Made by a program: the position numbers and the translations under genes. The notes under the pieces were generated by a model that was given only the letters and a program-made list of their open reading frames with translations, had not been told where the DNA came from and did no database searches. DNA of 64,000 nucleotides from assembly GCA_964016885.1 (NCBI GenBank), contig OZ024757.1:13020001-13084000 (forward strand). The letters are read 5' to 3'. This stretch comes from Eledone cirrhosa. Lineage: Eukaryota. Shown here piece by piece: positions 53,377-64,000 of this stretch; position 1 is the stretch's first letter; every line of letters starts with the position of its first letter.

Positions 53377-56300
53377 CCTTAGACTTAGACTTAAACCACA
53401 AATCCAAGCCTTAGACTTAAACCCTAATGGCAAGCCTTAGACTTAAATCCTAAGACCAACCCTTAGACTTAGACTTAAACCACAAACCCAAGCCTTAGAC
53501 CTAGACTTAAACCCCAACCACAAGAATTAGATTTAAACCCGAACCCCAACACTTAAACCCAAACGCCAAGCCTTAGAGTTAGACTTAAACCCGAACACCA
53601 AGCCTTAGAATTTGACTTAAACCCCAACCCAAGCCTTAGACCTAGACCTAAACCCCAACGACAAGCCTTATATTTAAATGCTAACCCTTATATTTAAACC
53701 CCAACCACAAGTCTTAGACTTAGACTTAAACCCCAAACCCAAGCCTTAGATTTAGAATTAAACCCCAACCCCAAGCCTCAGTTTTAGACATAAACCCGAA
53801 CCGAAAGCCTTAGAGTTTGACTTAAACCCGAACCGAAGCCTTAGACCTAGACTTAAACCCCAACCCCAAGCCTTAGGCTTAGAGTTAAACCCAAACTCCT
53901 AGCCTTAGACCTAAACTTAAATCCCAACCCCAAGCTTTCTATTTATACTTAAACCCTACCCCAAGCCTTAGACTTAGACATAAACCCCAAACCCAAGCCT
54001 TAGAATTAGACTTAAACCCGTACACCAAACCCCGGCCCAAGCCTTGGACTTAGACTTAAACCCAAACCTTAAGCTTCTGACTTAGACGTAATCCCCAACT
54101 ACAAGCCTTCAATTAAACCATAAACACAAGCCTTAGACTTAGACTTAAACCACAATCCCTAGCCTTAGACGTAAACTTAAACCCTACCCCTAAACTTAGA
54201 CTTAGACTTAATCCCTAAGCCTTAGAATTACCCTTAAACCCCAACTATAAGTCTTAGACTTAGATTTAAACTCCAACCCCTCGACTTAGACGTAAACTTA
54301 AACCTAGACTTAGACGTAAACCCATCCCTCGAGACTTAGGCGTAGACTTAAACCCTAACCCCAAGCCTTAGACTTAAATTCTAACCTTAGTCTTAGACTT
54401 AACCCCAACCCCAAGCCTTAGACTTAGGCTTAAATACAAATACCAAGCCTTAGACTTAGACATAAACCTTAACCCCAACCCTTAAACTTAGACTTAAACC
54501 CCAACCCCAAGGCTTAGACTTAGACTTACACACCAACCCCTAGCCTTAGCTGTAAACTTAAACCCCAACTCCAAGTCTTAGACTTATATTTAAAGCCCAA
54601 CCTCAAGCCTTAGACGTAGACACTAACCCAAAACCAAAGCCTTAGACTTAGAATTAAAACCCAACCCCAAGCCTTATACATAGACGTAAACCACAACCCC
54701 AAGCTTTAGACTTAGACTTAAACTCCAACCCCAAGCCTTAGACTTAGACATAAACCCCAACATTAAGTCTTAGACTTATATTAAACCCCAACCACTAGCA
54801 TTAGACTTAAACCCTAACCCCAAGCCTTAGAATTAAAAAATGACCACAAGACTTAGACATAAACCTCCAACCCCAAGCCTTAGACTTAGACTTAAACACC
54901 AACTCCTAGCCTTAGACTTAAACTTAAACCCCAACCCAAAGCCTTTGACTTAGACTTAAACCAAAGCCTTAGACTTAAACCCCAGCCCCAAGCTTTAGAC
55001 TTAGGCTTAAACACCAACCACCAAGCCTTAGACTTAAACCCCAACCCAAAGTCTTAGACTTAGACTTAACTACAAACCCAAAGCCTTAGACATAGATTTA
55101 AACCCGAACCTCAAACCTTAGACTTTGACTTAAAACCCAACCACTAGCATTAGACTTAGACTTAAACCCCAACCCCAAGCATTAGGCATAGGCTTAAACA
55201 CAAATCCACAAGCATAGACTTAAATCCCAACTCCAACACTTAGACTTAACCTCTACCCAAAGCCTTAGAATTAGCCTTAAACCCCAAACCGAAGCTTTAG
55301 ACTTAGACTTAAACCCTAACCACAAGCCTTAGACTTAAATTTAAACCCAAATTCAAAGCTTAGACTCAGACTTAAACCCCAACCCCAAGCTTAGACATAG
55401 ACTTAAACCCCAGCTCCATGCCTTAGACTTAGACTTAAACCCCAGCTCCATGCCTTAGACTTAGACTTAAACGCCAAGCCCAAGCCTTAGACTTAGACTT
55501 AAATCCCTAACCCAAGCATTAGCCTTAGACTTAACTCCCAACCCCAAGACTTAGACATAGATTTAAACACCAAACCCAAGCCTTAGACTTAGACTTGAGC
55601 CCCAACTCCTAGCCTTAGGCATAAACTTAAACCCCAACCCCAAGCCTTAGACATAGACTTAAACCCCAAGCCCAAGCCTTAGACTTAGACATAGATTTAA
55701 ACCCCAACACCAAGCCTTAGACTTAAACCCCAACCGTAAGCCTTAGACTTAGGCTTAAACACAAACCCCCAAACCTTACATTTAGATTTAAACCCAAAAG
55801 CAAAGCCTTGGATTTAGACTTAATTCCCAACCCCAACACTTAGATTTAAAGTCCAACCCCAAGCTTTATACGTAGACTTAAACCTCTACCCAAAGCCTTA
55901 GAATTGGACTAAAACCCAAACCGAAGCTTTAGACTTAAACTTAAACCCTAACCCCAAGGCTTAGACTTAGACTTAAACCCCAACCCGAAGCCTTAGACAT
56001 ATACTTAAACATCAACCGTAAGCCTTAGACTTAGACTTAAAGCCCAACTCCAGGCCTTAGACAGAAACCATAACCCCAACCCTTAAAATTAGACTTAAAA
56101 CCCAACCGCAAGGCTTAGACTTAGACTTAAACCCCAATCCAAGCTTTAGACATAGAGTTACGCCCGAAACACTAGCCTTAGGCGTAAGCTTAACGCCAAC
56201 TCCAATACTTAGACTTAGACATAAACCCCGACCTCAAGGCTAAGACGTAGACACTAACCACAAACCAAAGCCTTAGACTTAGAATAAAACCCCAATCGAA

Positions 56301-59300
56301 AGTCTTATACATAGACTTATACCACAACACCAAGACTTAGTCTTAAAACCTAACCCCAACCCCAAGCCTTAGCCAAAACAGTAAACTTAAACTCCAGCCC
56401 CAAGTCTTAGACATAGACTTAAACCCCAACCCCAAGCCTTAGATTTAGACTTAAACCCCAACATTAAGCCTTAGACTTAGACTTAAACCCCAAGCCATAG
56501 ACATAGATGTAAACCCCAACCCCAAGCCTTAGATTTAGACTTGAAACCCAACACCAAGTCTTAGACTTAGACTTACCCCAACCATAAGCCTTAGACTTAG
56601 ACTTAAACCCCAAGTCATAGACATAGACTTAAACCCCAACCTCAAGCCTTAGACGTAGACACTAACCCCAAACCAGAGCCTTTGACGTAGACTTAAACCC
56701 CAATCTCAAGCCTTAGACTTAGACTTAAACCCCAACTCATAGTCTTACAATTAAACATAACCACAAGGCTTAGACATAAAACCCCACCCCAAGGCTAAGA
56801 TTTAAACTTAAACACCAACTCCTAGCCTTAGACTTAAACTTAAACCTCACCCCAAGCCGTTGACTTAGACTTAAACCCAAGCTTTAGACTTAGGATTAAA
56901 CCCCAACCCCAAGCCTTAGACTTAACCCGAAACCCAAAGCCTTAGACTTAGACATAAACACTAAGTCATAGACATAGATTTAAATCCACACCTCAAGACT
57001 TAGACTTAGACTTAAACCCCAACCCCAAACTTTAGACTTAGACGTAATCCCCAACTCCAAGACTTAGAATTATAAAATAACCACCAGCCTTAGATTTAAA
57101 CCCAAACGCCAAGCCTTGTGGTTGGACCACAAACAAATTCTTAGGCTTAGACTTAAACCCAAACCCAATGACTTAGACTTAATCCCCAGCCCCAAGCCTT
57201 AGACATAGTTTAAAACCCCAACCCCAAGCCTTAGACTTAGACTTGAACACCAACCCAAAGCCTTAGACTTAAACTTAATCCCCAAACCCAAGCCTCAGAC
57301 TTAGATTTAAACTCCAACCCTTAGACTTAGACTAAACCCCAACCACTAGCCTTAGACGTAAACTTAAACTTAGACTTAGACGTAAACCCACCCCTCAAGA
57401 CTTAGGCGTAGATTTGAACCCTAACTCCAAGCCTTAGACTTAAACTCTAAACTTAGTCTTAGAATTAACCCCAACCTCAAGCCTTAGAGCTAGGCTTAAA
57501 TACAAACACCAAGCCTTAGACTTAGACATAACCTTAACTCTAACCCTTAACCTTAGAATTAAACCCCAACCCCAAGGCTTAGACTTAGACTTGCACCCCA
57601 ACCCCTAGCCTTAGCCGTAAACTTAAACCCCAACTCCAAGACTTAGACTTAGACTTAAGGCCCAACCCCAAGCCTTAGACGTAGACACTAACCCCAAACC
57701 AAAGCCTTATACATGGACACTAACCCCAAACATAGACACTAACCCCAAACACTAACGCCAAAGCCTTATACATAGACACTAACCCCAAACCAAAGCCTTA
57801 TACAACAACCCCAAGCCTTAGATTTAAACCCTAACAACAAGACTTTGACATAAAATCTAACCCCAATCCCAAGCCTTAGCCCAACACGTAAACTTAAACC
57901 CTAACCCAATGCCTTAGACTTAGACTTATACCCCAACCACAAGCTTCAGACTTAGACTTAAACCCCAACCCCAAGCCTTAAACTTAGACATAAACCCCAA
58001 CATTAAGCCTTAGACTTACATTAAACACCAACCCTTAGCATTAGACTTAGGCTTAAACCCCAACTCCAAGCCTTAGAATTAAACTATAACCACAAGACTT
58101 AGACATAAACCCCAACCCGCAAGCCTTAGACTTAAACTTAAACACCAACTCCTAGCCTTAGACATAAACTTAAAACCCAACCCAAGCTTTAGACTTAGGC
58201 TTAAACACCAACCATCAAGCCTTAGACTTAAACCCCAACCCAAAGTCTTAGACTTAGACTTAACCACAAACCCAAAGCCTTAGACTTAATCCAAAACCCC
58301 AAAACGTAAACATATATTTAATCCCCAACCCCAAACATTAGACATAGATTTAAACCCGAACCCCAAGCCTTAGACTTTAACTTAAAACCAAACCACTAGC
58401 ATTAGACTTAGATTTAAACCCCAACCGCAAGCCTTAGACATAGTCTTAAACACAAACCCCCAAGCATAGAATTAAATCCCAACTCTAACACTTAGACTTA
58501 AACCTCTACCCAAAGCCTTAGAATTAGCCTTAAACCCAAAACAGAAACTTTAGACTTAAACTTAAAACCTAACCACAAGCCTTAGACTTAGACTTAAACC
58601 CAAACTCAAAGCCTTAGACTTAGACTTAAACCCCAACCCCAAGCCTTAGACTTAGAGTTAAATCCCCACAGCAGGTATTAGACGTAAACCCTAACACCAA
58701 CCCCTAAACTTAGACCCCTACTCCAAGGCTTAGACTTAGACTTACACCCCAACCACAAGCCTTAGACGTAAACTTAAACCACAACTCCAAGACTTAGACT
58801 TAGAATTAAACGCCAACCCCAAGCCTTATACATAGACTTAAACCACAACACCAAGCCTTAGATTTAAAATTAAACCCTAACAACAAGTCTTAGATTTAAA
58901 ACCTAACTCCAACCCCAAGCCTTAGAGCAACCCGTAAACTTAAACCCCAACCCAAAGCCTTAGACTTAGAATTAAACCCCAATCCCAAGACTTAGACATA
59001 GACTTAAACCCCAACCCCAATATTTAGACTTCGACATAAACCCCAACCACAAGCATTAGACTTAGACTTAAACCCCAACCACTAACATTAGACTTAGACT
59101 TAAACTCCAACCGCAAGCCTTAGACGTAAATTTAAACCGCAACTCCAAGACTTAGACTTAGACTTAAACCCCAACCTCAGGCCTTAGACGTAGATACTAA
59201 CACCAAGCCAGATCCTTAGACTTAGAATTCAACCCCAACCCCAAACCTTAGACATAGACTTAAACCCCAAACCCAAGCTTTCAGACATAGACATAAACCC

Positions 59301-62300
59301 CAACCACAAGCATTAGACTTAGACTTAAACCCTAACCCCAAGTGTTAGACTTAGACTTACACCAACCATAAGCCTTAGACTTAGACTTAAACCCCAAGTC
59401 ATAGACATAGACTTAAACGCCAACCTCAAGCCTTAGACGTAGACACTAACCCCAAACCAGAGCCTTAGACGTAGACTTAAACCCCAACCTCAAGCCTTAA
59501 ACTTAGACTTAAACCACAACCCCAAGCCTTAGACTTAGGCTTAAACCCCAACCACTAGCACTAGTCTTAGATTTAAACTCCAAGACATAAAGATAGATTT
59601 AAACCCCAACCCCAAGCCTTAGACTTAAACTTAAACCTCAAACCAAAGCCTTAGACTTAGACTTAAATCCCAAACTCAAGCATTAGACTTAGACTTAAAT
59701 CCCAACCCCAAGGCTTAGACATAGATTTAAACGCCAAACCCAAGCCTTAGACTTAGACTTGAGTCCCAACTTCTAGCCTTAGACATAAACTTAAACCCCA
59801 ACCCCAAACCTTAGACTTAGATTTAAACCTCAACCACAGGCCTTAGAATTAGTTTAAATCACAACCTAAAGCCTTAGACATAGATTTAATCCCCAACCCC
59901 ATGCCTTAGACATAGACTTAAACCCCAAGCCCAAGCCTTAGACTTAGGCTTAACACAAACCCCCAAACCTTACATTTAGATTTAAACCCAACACCAAAGA
60001 CTTGGACATAGACTTAAATCCCAACCCCAAAACTTAGATTTAAAGTCCAACCCCAAGCTTTAGACGTAGACTTAAACCTCTACCCAAAGCCTTAGAATTG
60101 GACTTAAACTCAAACCGAAGCTTTAGACTTAAACTTAAACCCTAACCCCAAGGCTTAGACTTAGACCTAAACCCCAACCCGAAGCCTTAGACATAGACTC
60201 AAACCTCAACCGTAAGCCTTAGACATAGACTTAAAGCCCAACTCCAGGCCTTAGACATAAACCATAACCTCAACCCTTAAACTTAGACATAGACTTAAAC
60301 CCCAACCGCAAGGCTTAGACTTAGATTTAAACCCCAACCCAAGCCTTAGACGTAAACTTAACCCCAACTCCAAGACTTAGACTTAGACATAAACCCCGAC
60401 CTCAAGCCTAAGACGTAGACACTAACCCCAAAGCATTTGACTTAGAATAAAACCACGATCCCAGGTCTTATACATAGACTTAAACCACAACACCATACCT
60501 TAGAATTATACCCTAACAACAAGACTTAGTCTTAAAACCTAACCCCAAACCTAAGCCTTAGCCCAACCCGTAAACTTAAACTCCAACCCCAAGTCTTAGA
60601 ATTAGCCTTAAAGCCCAAACCGAAGATTTAGACTTAGATTTAAACCCTAACCACAAGCATTAGACTTAGACTTAAACCCAAACTCAAAGCCTTAGACTTA
60701 GACTTAAACCCCAACCCCAAGCTTAGACATAGGCTTAAACCTCAAAACAAAGCCTTCGACTTAGACTTAAAAACCAACTCCTAGCCTTAGACTTAGACTT
60801 AAAGCCCAACATCAAGCCTTAGACGCAGACACTAACGACAGACCAGTGCCTTAGACTTAGAATTAAACCCTAACAACAAGACTTAGTCTTAAAACCTAAC
60901 CCCAAACCTAAGCCTTAGCCCAACCCGTAAACTTAAACTCCAACCCAAAGTCTTAGAATTAGCCTTAAAGCCCAAACCGAAGATTTAGACTTAGATTTAA
61001 ACCCTAACCACAAGCATTAGACTTAGACTTAAACCCAAACTCAAAGCCTTATACATAGACTTAAACCACAACACCAAGCCTTAGACTTCGACATAAACCC
61101 CAACCACAAGCGTTAGACTTAGACTTAAACCCCAACCACTAGCATTAGACTTAGACTTAATCTCCAAGCCATAGACATAGATTTAAACCCTAACCTCAAG
61201 TTTAGACTTAGACTTAAACCCTAACAACAAGTCTTAGAATTATAACCTAACCCCAACCCCAAGCCTTAGCCCAACCCGTAAACTTAAACCCCAAACCCAA
61301 AGCCTTAGACTTAGACTTAAACCCCAACCCCAAGCTTTAGACTTCGACATAAACCCCAACCACAAGCGTTAGACTTAGACTTAAACCCCAACCACTAGCA
61401 TTAGACTTAGACTTAAACTCCAAGCCATAGACATAGATTTAAACCCTAACCTCAAGTTTAGACTTAGACTTAAAACCCAGCTTCAAGCCTTAGACTTAGA
61501 CTTACACCCCAACTTCAAGCCTTAGACGTAAACTTAAACCCCAACTTCAAGGCTTAGACTTAGACTTAAACCCCAACCTCAAGCCTTAGACGTAGACACT
61601 AACACCAAACCAGAGCCTTAGACTTAGAATTCAACCCCAACCCTAAGCCTTAGACTTTGACTAAAACCCTAACCCCAAGTGTTAGACTTAGACTTACCCC
61701 AACCATAAGCCTTAGACTTAGACTTAACCCCAAGACATAGACATAGACTTAAACCCCAACCTCAAGCCTTAGACGTAGACACTAACCCCAAACCAGAGCC
61801 TTAGACGTAGACTTAAACTCCAACCTCAAGCCTTAAACTTAGACTTAAACCACAACCCCAAGCCTTAGACTTAGGCTTAAACCCCAGCCACTAGCATTAG
61901 ACTTAGACTTAAATCCCAACCCCAAGGCTTAGATATAGATTTAAACGCCAAACACAAGACTTAGACTTAGACTTGAGCCCCAAATCCTAGCCTTAGACAT
62001 AAACTTAAACCCCAACCCCAAGCCTTAGACTTAGATTTAAACCTTAACCCCAGGCCTTAGATTTAGTCTTAAATCACAACCAAAAGCCTTAGACAGATTT
62101 AATCCCCAACCCCATGCCTTAGACATAGACTTAAACCCCAACCCCAAGCCTTAGTCATAGACTTAAACACAAAGCCCAAGCCTTAGACTTAACTTAAAAC
62201 CCAACCACTAGCATTAGGCTTAGACATAGATTTAAACCCCAACACCAAGCTTTAGACTTAAAGCCCAACCCCAAGCCTTAGCCTTAGGCTTAAACACAAA

Positions 62301-64000
62301 CCCCCAAACCTTACATTTAGATTTAAACCCAAAACCAAAGCCTAGGACATAGACTTAATTCCCAATCCCAACACTTAGATTTAAAGTCCAACCCCAAGCT
62401 TTTGACGTAGACTTAAACTTCTACCCAAAGCCTTAGAATTGGACTTAAACCCAAACCGAAGCTTTAGACTTAAACTTAAACCCTGACCCCAAGGCTAGAC
62501 TTAGACTTAAACCCCAACCCGAAGCCTTAGACATAGACTTAAACCTCAACCGTAAGCCTTAGACTTAGACTTAAAGCCCAACTCTAGGCCTTAGACATAA
62601 ACCATAACCTCAACCCTTAAACTTAGACTTAAAACCCAACCGCAAGGCTTAGACTTATACTTACACCCCAACGCCTAGCCTTAGACGTAAACTTAACCCC
62701 AACTCCAAGACTTAGACTTAGACATAAACTCCGACCTCAAGCCTAAGACGTAGACACTAACCCAAAACCAAAGCATTAGACTTAGAATAAAACCCCAATC
62801 TCAAGTCTTATACATAGACTTAAACCACAACACCAAGCCTTAGAATTATACCCTAACAACAAGACTTAGTCTTAAAACCTAACCCCAACCCCAAGCCTTA
62901 GCACAACTCGTAAACTTAAACTCCAACCCCAAGTCTTAGACATAGACTTAAACCCCAACCACAAGCATTAGACTTAGACTTAAACCCCAACCCCAAGCCT
63001 TAGATTTAGACTTAAACCCCAACATTAAGCCTTAGACTTAGACTTAAACCTCAAGCCATAGACATAGATGTAAACCCCCCAACCCCAAGCCTTAGACTCA
63101 GACTTGAACCCCAACCACAAGTTTTAGACTTAGACTTCAACCCCAAACACAAGCATTAGACTTAGACTTCAACCCCAACCCAAGCCTTAGACTTACACTT
63201 AAACCCCAACTCCAAGTTTTAGAATTAAACATAACCACAAGGCTTAGACATAAAACCCAACCCAAGCCTTATATTTAGACTTACACACCAACTCCTAGCC
63301 TTAGAATTAAACTTAAACTTCAACCGCAAGCCTTTGACTTATACTTAAACCAAAGCCTTAGACTTAGACTTAAACCCCAACACCAAGCCTTAGACTTAAA
63401 CCCCAACCCCAAGCTTTAGAATTAGACTTAAACCGAAACCGAAGCTTTAGAATTAAACTTAAACCCTAACCCCAAGCCTTAGACTTAGACTTAAACCCCA
63501 ACCCGAAGCCTTAGACATAGACTTAAAAATCAACCGTAAGCCTTATACTTAGACATAAAGCCCAACTCCAGGCCTTAGACTTAAACCATAACCCCAACCC
63601 TAAAACTTAGACTTAAACCCAACCGCAAGGCTTAGACTTAGACTTAAACCCCAACCCAAGCCTTAGACTTAGAATTAAAACCCCAACCCCTAGCCTTAGA
63701 CGTAAATCTAACCCCAACTCCAAAACTTAGACTTAGACATATACCCCGACCTCAATCCTAAGACGTAGACACTAACCCCAAACCAAAGCCTTAGACTTAG
63801 AATAAAACCCCAATCCCAAGTCTTATACATAGACTTAAACCACAACACCAAGCCTTAGAATTATACCCTAACAACAATACTTAGTCTTAAAACCTAACCC
63901 CAACCCCAAGCCTTAGCCCAACCCATAAACTTAAACTCCAACCCCAAGCCTTAGACTTAAACCCAAACGCCAAGACTTAGACTTAAACCCCAGACCACAA

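Larger units (their letters stand above)
46603..64000. repeat. Degenerate telomere-like minisatellite, consensus 32-mer CCTTAGACTTAGACTTAAACCCCAACCCCAAG, C/A-rich on + strand, running off the right edge
   Basis: Near-consensus copies are visible at e.g. ~47950-48010. A frequent 26-bp variant lacks one TTAGAC. There are many point variants, and the orientation is constant for 17.4 kb. Confidence 0.97.

Noticed and set aside
58079-58267. 62-aa minus-strand ORF rich in L/S/G/W
   Set aside because: It is a translation of the minisatellite. The 32-bp unit is not a multiple of three and paralogous stretches are full of stop codons.
46603-64000. CRISPR-like appearance (~32-bp periodic repeat with variable segments)
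   Set aside because: The variable parts are degenerate copies of the same hexamers rather than unique spacers, the repeat is not invariant, and there are no cas genes or leader.
46603-64000. Calling the array a functional canonical telomere or assigning a taxon from TTAGAC
   Set aside because: It is too degenerate and composite, shows no gradient toward a pure repeat, and its G-strand points into the AT satellite. A hexamer match is insufficient for taxonomic assignment.

Overview
This window is entirely non-coding tandem-repeat DNA, almost certainly eukaryotic heterochromatin; the organism cannot be identified from the sequence. It contains two arrays joined abruptly at 46602/46603. (1) 1-46602 is a very AT-rich satellite with a variable monomer of about 300-410 bp (typically ~350 bp). 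The monomer is built around repeated TTCGAA dyads and A/T tracts and has strong internal dyad symmetry. The array has nested higher-order structure: dimer duplications, an older ~5-6 kb unit, and a very recent near-identical ~17.8-18.8 kb tandem duplication. It also carries two families of new palindromes that look like fold-back template-switch products. (2) 46603-64000 is a degenerate, strand-asymmetric minisatellite with consensus 32-mer CC-TTAGAC-TTAGAC-TTAAAC-CCCAAC-CCCAAG. It is built from hexamers resembling known telomeric repeats and contains one short near-perfect (CCCTAA)n run. All ORFs in the track are judged to be chance products of the repeats. I found no genes, RNA genes, CRISPR arrays or autonomous mobile elements. 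Coordinates were read by eye, and those marked ~ are approximate.
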